Assembly: GCA_024711125.1 (NCBI GenBank)
Contig: JANJTM010000031.1
Location: 34,059-98,058 of the forward strand
Length of the DNA stretch: 64,000 nt
Direction of reading: 5' to 3'
Origin: Rhodothermales bacterium
Lineage (GTDB): Bacteria; Bacteroidota; Rhodothermia; Rhodothermales; UBA10348
A program made the position numbers and the translations under genes. Under the pieces are notes generated by a model. That model was not told the DNA's origin and ran no database searches. It saw only the letters and a program-made list of their open reading frames with translations. This document shows, in pieces, positions 27,403 to 35,845 of this stretch; the first letter of the stretch is position 1, and every line of letters begins with the position of its first letter.

Positions 27403-29463
27403 TCAGGACACCTGGTCCTGTCCCGACGGCGGGGCGTACACGGTCTCTATGTAGTCCACGATCATCCGGTAGGCGCTGAACCGGTACGAGAGGCCCTTCA
27501 TGGCGCTTCGCATCCGCGCCACCCAGGCTGTCGGAATGCCGCGATCGTCCCGGTCGTAGAACATCGGGATGACCTCGTCCCGGAGGGTACGGTACAGGAA
27601 CGCGGCGTCCTCTGGGTCTTGGACCGCGGGGTCCTTGTACTCGTGCGAGGCCTCGTGGCCGATCGCCCAGCCGTTGGTCCCGTCGAAGCCCTCGGGCCAC
27701 CATCCGTCGAGGATGGACAGGTTGAGCCCGGCATGGATGGCCACCTTCTGGCCGGACGTACCGCTGGCCTCGTAGGGACGACGCGGGGTGTTGAGCCACA
27801 CGTCGCAGCCCGAGACCAGCATGCGGCCGACCTCCATGTTGTAGTTCTCCAGGAACACGAGACGCCCCTCGAACCGCGGGTCCCTGGTCATCTCGAAGAT
27901 GGTGTGGATGAACTTCTGGCCCTCGACGTCGGCCGGATGCGCCTTGCCTGCGTACACGATCTGGACCGGACGCCCGGGCTGGCGGAAAAGATCGATCGTG
28001 CGCTGCAGGTCATGGAAAAGCAGCGGAGCCCGCTTGTAGGTCGCGAATCGCCGGGCGAATCCGATGGTGAGGGCGTTCGGATCGAGGCGTGGCGATTGCG
28101 GCAGCGTCTGGTAGCGCACATGCTCGACCACGTATTCGACGAGCGCCGCGCGAAGGCGGGTGCGGTACTCCCAGAGCGCCTGGTCGGGAATGGCGTCGAT
28201 GCGGTCCCAGACGCGGCCCTCGGAGCGCTTTCCGACCCAGTCGGCGCCGAGGTGCTCCCGCAGGAAGGCCCGTGCGTGGGGTGCCGCCCAGGTGGGCAGG
28301 TGCACGCCGTTGGTGACGTGGCCGATCGGGACCTCTTCGACGTTCCGGTGCGGGAAGAGATGGTGCCACTGGCGGCGCGACACCTCTCCGTTGAGCCTGG
28401 AGACGCCGTTCGCCGAACGGGCGAGCTTCAGGCCGAGCACGGTCATGGTGAACGCCTCGGTCATGTCGTGGGGATTGACGCGCCCCCAGGCCAGGAGGTC
28501 GTGTTCCGAAAGCCCGATCTGCTCGCGGAAACGGGCCATCTGCTCGAGGAACAGGGCCGGCTCGAACCGGTCGTGCCCGGCCGGCACCGGGGTATGGGTC
28601 GTGAAGACCGACCGGGAGCGCACCCAATCCTCCGGAGGGATGGACCAGTCTCCGGACTGGCGCCGCTCGGCCAGCAGTTCGAGCGTGACGAACGCGCAGT
28701 GCCCTTCGTTCATATGGTACACGTCGACCGGAAGGCCCAACGCGCGCAACAGGCGGACCCCGCCGATGCCGAGTGCGATCTCCTGCTGGATGCGGGTGCG
28801 GCGATCGCCCTGGTAGAGGCGCCGCGTCAGGAACCGCACCTCGTACGGGTTGGCGTCGAAGTCGGCGTCGAGCAGCAGCAGTTCGCAGCGGCCGACCCGA
28901 AGTCGCCAGGCGCGCAGGTGGAGCGGCGTCCAGCCGAGGTGTACGGTGACGACCACCGGCTCCCCGTCCTTGCCCAGCACCGGCTCGACCGGGTGCCGCG
29001 TGGCGTCGATCGACGGGTACTCGTCCTGCTGCCAGCCGTTGGCGTCGAAATACTGCTTGAAGTAGCCGTCGCGGAGGAAGAGGCCGATCGCCGTGAGCGG
29101 CAGACCGGCGTCGCTGGCGGCCTTGACGTGGTCGCCCGCCAGGATGCCGAGTCCTCCGGAGTAGAGCGGAAGGCTCTCGTGCAGGCCGAACTCCATGCAG
29201 AAATAGGCCGTGCGCGGGGATCGGGCGAAGGGTCCGGGTTCGTCCATGTACGCGCGGAAGGCCGCGTGGACGGAATCGACCTCTGCCCGGAACGAGGCGT
29301 CCTCGAGAAGGGCGGGGTCGGCGAGGCGCAACGCCGCCACCGGGCTGTTGGCGGCGCCCGTGAACGCGCCGGGATTCAGCCGACGGAATAGATCGACGGC
29401 CTCGGGGTGCCAGCTCCACCACAGGTTGGAGGCGACGGCCTCCAATTGCTCCCGCACGTCCAT
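27403..29463 (-). CDS. glgP: Alpha-glucan (glycogen/maltodextrin) phosphorylase, GT35, ~700-aa type
   Basis: NLWWSWHPEAVDLFRRLNP, GGLGILAGDH and YAGKAHPADVEGQ. The ATG at 29463 was chosen inside the longer ORF. Confidence 0.85.
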   Translation of the reverse strand: MDVREQLEAVASNLWWSWHPEAVDLFRRLNPGAFTGAANSPVAALRLADPALLEDASFRAEVDSVHAAFRAYMDEPGPFARSPRTAYFCMEFGLHESLPLYSGGLGILAGDHVKAASDAGLPLTAIGLFLRDGYFKQYFDANGWQQDEYPSIDATRHPVEPVLGKDGEPVVVTVHLGWTPLHLRAWRLRVGRCELLLLDADFDANPYEVRFLTRRLYQGDRRTRIQQEIALGIGGVRLLRALGLPVDVYHMNEGHCAFVTLELLAERRQSGDWSIPPEDWVRSRSVFTTHTPVPAGHDRFEPALFLEQMARFREQIGLSEHDLLAWGRVNPHDMTEAFTMTVLGLKLARSANGVSRLNGEVSRRQWHHLFPHRNVEEVPIGHVTNGVHLPTWAAPHARAFLREHLGADWVGKRSEGRVWDRIDAIPDQALWEYRTRLRAALVEYVVEHVRYQTLPQSPRLDPNALTIGFARRFATYKRAPLLFHDLQRTIDLFRQPGRPVQIVYAGKAHPADVEGQKFIHTIFEMTRDPRFEGRLVFLENYNMEVGRMLVSGCDVWLNTPRRPYEASGTSGQKVAIHAGLNLSILDGWWPEGFDGTNGWAIGHEASHEYKDPAVQDPEDAAFLYRTLRDEVIPMFYDRDDRGIPTAWVARMRSAMKGLSYRFSAYRMIVDYIETVYAPPSGQDQVS

Positions 29464-29600
29464 GAAATCGATATCGCGAAAGTGAACGGTCCTACCGGTC
29501 CGGGGCCTGGGCCGGCTCCTGGAACCGGAACCGCCGGCGCGTACCGGGATACAGCCTCTCAATATACAATGGGCTCGACCCTCTGCTGTCGACCGCCGCC

Positions 29601-30548
29601 TTGCACCGCACCCGCCCGCCCTCCACTCCCGGTACCGAACCCGGGGATCCGGCCGCGTCGCCGGAAGCCCCGTGCCGGGTTTCGTCCGGTTCCACCGTGG
29701 GCGACCTGGTGGAAGAGGCGGGTCGGCTGCTGCGCGAGGCCGGCATAGATACCTTCCGCCTCGAATCGGCGTGGCTCGTGGAACACGTCACCGGACGGTC
29801 CCGGGCCGCCCAGTTGGCCCGACCCGAATCGGGCGTTCCGGACGAGGCGGTCCTCGCGCTTCGTGCCCTCGCGGCCCGACGCGCCGGACGTGAGCCCCTG
29901 CAGTACGTGCTCGGCGCCGCGGTATTCCGCGGCCGGACGTTCACGGTGTCCCCGGCGGTCCTGATCCCGAGACCCGAGACCGAGACGCTCGTCGAGGTCG
30001 CCCTGGAGGGCCTCGGGGACCGTCGGCGCGTACTGGACGTGGGAACGGGAAGCGGATGCATCGCGGTGACGATCGCGCTGGAACGACCGGACTGCGAGGT
30101 ATCGGCCTGCGACCTGAGCGACGCGGCGCTCGACGTCGCGCGGACCAACGCCGATCGCATGGGCGCGCGCGTCCGTTTCTTCGGAAGCGACGCCTTGAGC
30201 AGCGGTTTCGCGCTGGAGGCCGGGGGCCCGTACGACCTGGTCGTATCCAATCCGCCCTACATTCCGCACCCGGACGCCCCCGGACTGCAGCCCGAGGTGG
30301 TGGGTCACGAGCCGCACCTGGCCCTGTTCTCCGGGTCGGATCCCCTGCGATTCCACCGGGCGCTCGCCCGTGCGGCGGTCGACGGTCTGGTGTCGCCCGG
30401 CGGGTGCCTGGTGTGCGAGCTGCACGACGGAACCGGGCCCGAGGCCGCACGGGACTGGAAGGCCGCGGGTCTGGCCGGAATCCGCGTGCTGCCCGACGTT
30501 TCGGGACGGGAGCGTTTCGTCTGCGGACGGGTACCCCTTAAGGAGTGA
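29601..30548 (+). CDS. prmC: Release-factor glutamine N5-methyltransferase PrmC/HemK; an alternative GTG start lies at 29697
   Basis: LQYVLGAAVFRGRTFTVSPAVLIPRPETE, DVGTGSGCIA and VSNPPY. Confidence 0.85.
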   Translation: MHRTRPPSTPGTEPGDPAASPEAPCRVSSGSTVGDLVEEAGRLLREAGIDTFRLESAWLVEHVTGRSRAAQLARPESGVPDEAVLALRALAARRAGREPLQYVLGAAVFRGRTFTVSPAVLIPRPETETLVEVALEGLGDRRRVLDVGTGSGCIAVTIALERPDCEVSACDLSDAALDVARTNADRMGARVRFFGSDALSSGFALEAGGPYDLVVSNPPYIPHPDAPGLQPEVVGHEPHLALFSGSDPLRFHRALARAAVDGLVSPGGCLVCELHDGTGPEAARDWKAAGLAGIRVLPDVSGRERFVCGRVPLKE

Positions 30549-30608
30549 AGGACCCGGACGATGCTGCGGAGGTATGACCCGACCGAACGACTCCGTGCGC
30601 CCCGCTCC

Positions 30609-31241
30609 ATGGTTTTGCGGAACCTGATCATAGCGTGCCTGGCACTGGCCGGGACCGGCTGCGCCGGCACCCGCGAGGTCGCCGCTCCCGTCGACTCGGG
30701 CAGCGAGACCGTGACGTTCCTGTCTTCGGCGACGAAGGAGGAGGTCATGGACGACGCGACGGCGGCCCTCGTCTCGAGCGATTTCACGATCACGCTCGCG
30801 AACGAGCGGCTCGGGCTGCTGCAGACCGACTACGCGTCGGTGGCGGCGGTCGAGCGGGCGTACGGCGATTCCACGAGTTCCCACCCCGCGCTGCGGGACC
30901 TGTACGTTCGGCTCACGGTGAACACCGAATCCCGGGGCGAGGACCAGGTGGTCCAGTTCAAGGGCAGCTTCCAGCGGATCGGGCCCGGTTCGGCGCCCGA
31001 CCGGCTCATCGGCCTGTACTGGATGGAGCGCCTGGCCGAGGATGTGGCACGGAGGGGCGGCGGCGAGTACGCGCCGCGGGTTTCCGGCGAGATCTACGCC
31101 CGGGCGCTCGAGAATACGGTGGTACCGGACGCGCGCCGGAACACCTCGCGGGTCGGTCAGTCGATGCGGGCCGTGGGCATCGTCGCAGCCGTCCTCTTCG
31201 CGGCGACGCTCCTTGCCGGGGTCTTCACCCCGGGCGTCTGA
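30609..31241 (+). CDS. Hypothetical lipoprotein with a C-terminal TM helix
   Basis: MVLRNLIIACLALAGTGCAG lipobox; C-terminal AVGIVAAVLFAATLLAGVF. Confidence 0.5.
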   Translation: MVLRNLIIACLALAGTGCAGTREVAAPVDSGSETVTFLSSATKEEVMDDATAALVSSDFTITLANERLGLLQTDYASVAAVERAYGDSTSSHPALRDLYVRLTVNTESRGEDQVVQFKGSFQRIGPGSAPDRLIGLYWMERLAEDVARRGGGEYAPRVSGEIYARALENTVVPDARRNTSRVGQSMRAVGIVAAVLFAATLLAGVFTPGV

Positions 31242-31250
31242 AGCCCGGGC

Positions 31251-31787
31251 CTATCGACCCGGTTTGGTCGCCTTCGGAGCCTGCGCGGCCGAGTACTCCT
31301 CGTAGGTCTGCGTCATGTACGCGTCGCTGCCGATGAAGCGCAGCACTCCGAGGAAGGTCTCCAGGTCGTGGAATCCGGGCAGCCTCGTGATGTACGTGCC
31401 GTCGGACTGCAGGAAAACCGTGGTCGGAGTGCCCGTGGCTCCGAAACCGACCGAAAGATCGGCCGACGACAGGGTATAGCCGGCGTACGAGATCGTATCG
31501 GTCTTGAGGTCGATGTCGAGGCGTACCGTCTCGAAGTGCTTTTCGAGGTAGGCCATCAACTCGGGCTGCGGGTACACCTCCCGCTGCATGCGCGCGCACC
31601 ATCCGCAACGCCCGGACCAGATGTCGACGAGGACCTTCTTCTTGCTCGCCCGGGCACGCTCCAGCCCGTCCGGAAGCCGGATCCACTCGGGACCGGGGCC
31701 CGTCGGGGCGTCGAGGGTCTGCGCCGAGGCGGGGGCCGACAGCAGCAACGCGAAGGCGAGGATCGTGAACCGGATGGAGCGCTTCAT
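31251..31787 (-). CDS. Secreted thioredoxin-fold protein (CGWC)
   Basis: MKRSIRFTILAFALLLSAPASAQ signal; VLVDIWSGRCGWCARM thioredoxin-like active site. Confidence 0.7.
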   Translation of the reverse strand: MKRSIRFTILAFALLLSAPASAQTLDAPTGPGPEWIRLPDGLERARASKKKVLVDIWSGRCGWCARMQREVYPQPELMAYLEKHFETVRLDIDLKTDTISYAGYTLSSADLSVGFGATGTPTTVFLQSDGTYITRLPGFHDLETFLGVLRFIGSDAYMTQTYEEYSAAQAPKATKPGR

Positions 31788-31822
31788 GGAATGACGTGGA
31801 GCGGGTCGAAGGCTGCCGCGGA

Positions 31823-32962
31823 CTACGGCAGCGCGGGCTTTCCGGCCAGGGCCGACATGCGCCGCGAGAACACGTGAGATGCGTTCGACCAGTCGAAAGT
31901 TTCGGAGGCGGCGAGAGCGTTCCTTCGCCAGGCGGCGTGACGGCCGTCCACCCGGGCCATGGATTCCAGGGCCCCGGCGAGGGCCGACTCGTCCCGGGGA
32001 TCGACCAGCGCGCCCACCGAATGAAGCGTCACGATGCGCGAGATCTCCGGAAGAGGGCTGGCGAGTACCGGGAGCCCGGCGGCCAGGTAGTCGAAGAGCT
32101 TGTTCGGAAGAGCGTACCGGTGGTTCAGACAGGAATCCTCGAGCAGCGTGACGCCGGCCCCGGCCGCCGCGATCACGGCGCGGATGCGCTCGGGCGGTAC
32201 CGGATCGACGAAATGGACGGGAGCGCCGAGCGAGCGGGCCAGGTTTTCCAGGGCGCCGCGTCCCGGTCCGTACCCCAGGAATACCACGGCGGCACCCTCG
32301 AGCCCGCGCGCCGCGCGGACCAGGGATTCGCCCCCGCGACCCGCCCGCATCTGCCCGAGGTGTACGAAGAGAAACGTGGCGGGGGACAGGCCGGTCGCGC
32401 GGAACAGGTGATCGTCCGGCTCGACGGGTCCGGCGACCGGAGCGTTCCACTGCACGACGGGCCGCTCGATGGAGTAGCGGTCCCGCAGCGTGTCGGCAAT
32501 CGCGTCGCTGACGGTGAAGACGGCGTCGGCGCGGCGGATGGGTCCGGCTTCGAAAGCCCGCCAAAACGCGCGCGCCCACGGACGTCCCTCGGTCGCGGCC
32601 ACGTGGGTATAGAGTTCCCTCGCGTCGTAGCTGAGTCGGGCCTTGGCGCGTCGCGACGCCGCCGCGAGAGCCCGGAGCACGTAGAGATCCGAGGCGTGGT
32701 ACACGCTCGCCGGCCTGGCCGACGCGGCGGCGGCGAAGGCGCGGTGCACGTCGCGGAAGAAACGCGGCCCCCCGGACTCCTGCACGGGCACCTCGACGAG
32801 TTCGACCCCGGGCGGCAGCCGGCTTCGCAGCGAGCCCGCGGGAAGCGCGAGCAGGGTCGTCGTCAGGCCCGCCTCGGAAAGCGCATGCAGTTGGCGCAGG
32901 GCCCTGACGTTGCGATGCACGTCGCCCGTCATCGCGAAGAGCACGTCGGAGGCTGCGGACAT
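31823..32962 (-). CDS. Glycosyltransferase family 1 (GT4-type)
   Basis: The C-terminal half has the ALPNKLFDYLAAGLPVLAS pattern typical of GT1. The start MSAASDV was chosen inside the 874-aa ORF. Confidence 0.75.
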   Translation of the reverse strand: MSAASDVLFAMTGDVHRNVRALRQLHALSEAGLTTTLLALPAGSLRSRLPPGVELVEVPVQESGGPRFFRDVHRAFAAAASARPASVYHASDLYVLRALAAASRRAKARLSYDARELYTHVAATEGRPWARAFWRAFEAGPIRRADAVFTVSDAIADTLRDRYSIERPVVQWNAPVAGPVEPDDHLFRATGLSPATFLFVHLGQMRAGRGGESLVRAARGLEGAAVVFLGYGPGRGALENLARSLGAPVHFVDPVPPERIRAVIAAAGAGVTLLEDSCLNHRYALPNKLFDYLAAGLPVLASPLPEISRIVTLHSVGALVDPRDESALAGALESMARVDGRHAAWRRNALAASETFDWSNASHVFSRRMSALAGKPALP

Positions 32963-33032
32963 GGTCGGGGATCTGACGATCGTGCAAACCCCGTGAAGCC
33001 CTCTTGGATTCCGACGGGATCCATTTTGGCGC

Positions 33033-33061
33033 TTGACCGGAATATCGGCCGATTGTACCAT
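33033..33061 (+). promoter_or_regulatory. Putative sigma70-type promoter of the LacI/starch locus
   Basis: TTGACC (33033-33038), a 17-nt spacer, then TACCAT (33056-33061). Confidence 0.4.
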
Positions 33062-33071
33062 TCCGACCCCG

Positions 33072-33085
33072 TGTAAGCGCTTACA
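33072..33085. promoter_or_regulatory. LacI/GalR-type operator (perfect 14-bp palindrome)
   Basis: TGTAAGCGCTTACA matches the TGnAAnCGnTTnCA consensus. It lies 10 nt after the -10 box and 6 nt before the lacI-family start codon. Confidence 0.65.
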
Positions 33086-33091
33086 TGCGAG

Positions 33092-34180
33092 GTGCAGGCG
33101 CTTTCGGGGCGCTTTCGCAATCCGCTCCTGGGCGTCACCATCTACGATATCGCGAGCGCGGCCGGTGTCTCCATCGCCACCGTGTCCCGGGTTTTCAACG
33201 GGCATCCGCGCGTTTCGTGCGCCGCGCGCGACCAGGTCATGGAAGTGGCCGACCGGTTGGGGTATCAACCGCACGTCTCGGCGCGCAGCCTGGCGCGCCG
33301 GCGCGCGAACGTGGTCGCGGCCGTGATCCCGATGCTCACCAACCTGTTCTTCGTGGACGTGCTGCGCGGATTGCAGGACCGCATGGCCGAGAGCGAGTTC
33401 GACCTCCTGGTCTTCTCGGCTCGAACGCTCGACGAAGTGGACGTGCAGCTCGACCGCGCGCTCGCGCGCGGCCGCGCCGCCGGTGTGCTGGTCTTTTCCA
33501 CGCCGTTGGCCGACGCCCGCGCCCGGAGGCTCGGGCACACGTCCCAACCGGTCGTGCTCGTGGATTCGGTGCATCCCGACTTCGATTCGGTTTCGACCGA
33601 CAACGTGGAGGGCGGCCGTCTCGCGGCGCGCCACCTGCTGGAAACCGGGGCGCGTCGGCTTGCGCTCCTCATGGCGCATCCGGATTCTATCCCCGCTTCC
33701 GATCGGAAACAGGGGTTCACCGAGGTGCTCGACACGGCCGGGCTCGACGCGGACTCCCTGCGTATCGTGCACGCGAGCGATCCGCTGCACCACGGCTACA
33801 GCGAAGCGGCGGGGTACGACGCGATGAAGAGGCTGCTCCACGCGGGGGATCGTCCCGACGCGGTCTTCGCGACCAGCGACGTGCAGGCTCTCGGGGCGCT
33901 CGAAGCCCTGGCCACTGCCGGCCTCGGGGTGCCCGATGACATGCGGCTCATGGGGTTCGACGACATCATGCTCAGTCGCCACGTCGGGCTCACGACCGTC
34001 AGGCAGCCCATGTACGAACTCGGTCGACTGGCCGCCGAGCGCCTCGTCACTCGCATCGACGACCCCGACCGCGAACCGGCGCACACCGTGCTGTCGCCCC
34101 GCCTGGTCGTGCGCGGCACGACGGTCGATACGACGGTCGCGCGGTCGCTGCGCAGGATCCAACCCGTAGCCGTGTCGTGA
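33092..34180 (+). CDS. LacI-family transcriptional regulator
   Basis: VTIYDIASAAGVSIATVSRVFNGHPRVS HTH, followed by a periplasmic-binding-protein-like sugar domain. Confidence 0.85.
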   Translation: MQALSGRFRNPLLGVTIYDIASAAGVSIATVSRVFNGHPRVSCAARDQVMEVADRLGYQPHVSARSLARRRANVVAAVIPMLTNLFFVDVLRGLQDRMAESEFDLLVFSARTLDEVDVQLDRALARGRAAGVLVFSTPLADARARRLGHTSQPVVLVDSVHPDFDSVSTDNVEGGRLAARHLLETGARRLALLMAHPDSIPASDRKQGFTEVLDTAGLDADSLRIVHASDPLHHGYSEAAGYDAMKRLLHAGDRPDAVFATSDVQALGALEALATAGLGVPDDMRLMGFDDIMLSRHVGLTTVRQPMYELGRLAAERLVTRIDDPDREPAHTVLSPRLVVRGTTVDTTVARSLRRIQPVAVS

Positions 34181-35838
34181 GGCTGCGCCGCTCCATACCG
34201 CCCGTGTTCGCCATGCTGGCGTTCCTGGCCTGCGGCAGCGGCGACGATCCGGTGCTCGTGACCGTCGAAGGGCAGCCGATCCGATGGAGCGAATACCGGG
34301 ACGCCTACATAGACTACCTCGCCGGGACCGGCCTCGAGGACGAACCGTCCCGCCGGCGCGGATTCCTGGAGCGCCTGGTCTCGATGCGCCTCGTCGTGCT
34401 CGAGGGCCGGGACGCCGGCCTCGCCTCCACCCCGGAATTCGCGTCATTCGAGGAGAAGGCGGCCCGCAGGCTGCTTGTCGACGCGTTCCTCGCCGACGCG
34501 GCGTTCGATACCCTCACCGCATCCCGCGAGGAGCTCGAGGCCATGTTCGTACGGGTGAACACCCGCATCACGGCCCGGCACCTGTATGCGAACTCGGCCG
34601 AGGAAGCGGCGGCGCTCAAACGGCGGCTGGATTCCGGCGAGACGTTCGAATCGTTGGCGCGAGAGGTCTTCGTCGATTCGACGCTGGCAGCGGGCGGCGG
34701 GTCGGTCGGGACGTTCGGCTTCGACGAGATGGACCCGTCCTTCGAGGACGCGGCGTACGCGCTGCCCGTAGGCGCGGTGTCCGATCCGGTGCGCACGGCA
34801 CAGGGTTGGTCCGTGATCCGCGTCGACGACCGGTCGGTGAACCCGTTGCTGACGGCTCAGGAATTCGCCGAACGGCTTCCGGAACTCAGCCGCTACGTCG
34901 TCGAGCGCCGTCGGAGCACGGTGCGCAGGGAGTGGTCTGACCGCCTGGTCGCCGAACTCGCTCCGCGGCTGGAACCGGCGACCGCGGCCGGGCTGCTCGA
35001 CCGCATTGCGGGCGTCGGACCTTCCGAAGCCGGGCCCGGGGACGAAGCCGTGCTGGTGCGCTTCCGCGCAGGGGGAGCCGATCGCACGTGGAACGTGGCC
35101 GAATTCCGGCGGCAGGCCGAGTTGGCGTCGGATCGCCAACGGGCCTCGGTGACGGACGCGCGCAGCCTCGAGGCGTTCGTCGTCGGCCTGCTCGTGCGCG
35201 AGGAAATGGCCCGCAGGGCCCTGGACCGCGATCTCGACGAGACGCCCCGGTACCGGCGCGCGCTGGCCACGGCGATCGAGGAATGGCTCTACGAGCGTTC
35301 CTTTGCCCGGTTGGCGGCCAGGGTCCCGGTGCCCGAGGACAGCGTGACGGCCTATTTCGACCGGCATCGCGACGAATTCACGCTTCCGCGGGCCGTGCGG
35401 GTTCGCGAGATCGCAAGCGCCACGAAGCGCACGGCCGATTCGCTGCGAGCTGCACTGGGCGCCGCCGAATTCGGCGAACTGGCCCGCCGCCATTCCGTCC
35501 GGGCCACGGCCGGCGTCGGGGGCGACCTGGGCTGGCTCACGGACGACGACCTGGGCCCGTGGGCCCGAGCGGCGTTCTCGGCGGATCCGGGCGAAGTCCT
35601 CGGACCGCTGGAGATGCGCGGGCAGTACCTTCTGCTGGAAATCGGCGAGCGGCGCGATGCGCGGCCGGCCGATTTCGACGACGTCAAGAATGCCATCAAC
35701 GAGCAGCTCGCCCGGGAGTCGCAGCGCGACTTCCTGCGGGAGCACGTGACCCTGCTGCGCGAGCGGTACGAGGTCCGGTATGCCGAGAAGGGACCGGAGT
35801 CCTACCCGCTCGTCGCGGAAACCCATCGAACATCCTGA
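34177..35838 (+). CDS. Lipoprotein peptidyl-prolyl isomerase with two parvulin (PpiC) domains, SurA/PpiD-like
   Basis: AMLAFLACGSG lipobox. Parvulin blocks are ARHLY...GGGSVGTFGFDEMDPSFEDAA...GWSVIRV and GGDLGWLTDDDLGPW...GQYLLLEI. It overlaps the lacI stop by 4 nt. Confidence 0.8.
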   Translation: MRLRRSIPPVFAMLAFLACGSGDDPVLVTVEGQPIRWSEYRDAYIDYLAGTGLEDEPSRRRGFLERLVSMRLVVLEGRDAGLASTPEFASFEEKAARRLLVDAFLADAAFDTLTASREELEAMFVRVNTRITARHLYANSAEEAAALKRRLDSGETFESLAREVFVDSTLAAGGGSVGTFGFDEMDPSFEDAAYALPVGAVSDPVRTAQGWSVIRVDDRSVNPLLTAQEFAERLPELSRYVVERRRSTVRREWSDRLVAELAPRLEPATAAGLLDRIAGVGPSEAGPGDEAVLVRFRAGGADRTWNVAEFRRQAELASDRQRASVTDARSLEAFVVGLLVREEMARRALDRDLDETPRYRRALATAIEEWLYERSFARLAARVPVPEDSVTAYFDRHRDEFTLPRAVRVREIASATKRTADSLRAALGAAEFGELARRHSVRATAGVGGDLGWLTDDDLGPWARAAFSADPGEVLGPLEMRGQYLLLEIGERRDARPADFDDVKNAINEQLARESQRDFLREHVTLLRERYEVRYAEKGPESYPLVAETHRTS

Positions 35839-35845
35839 TTCTTCC

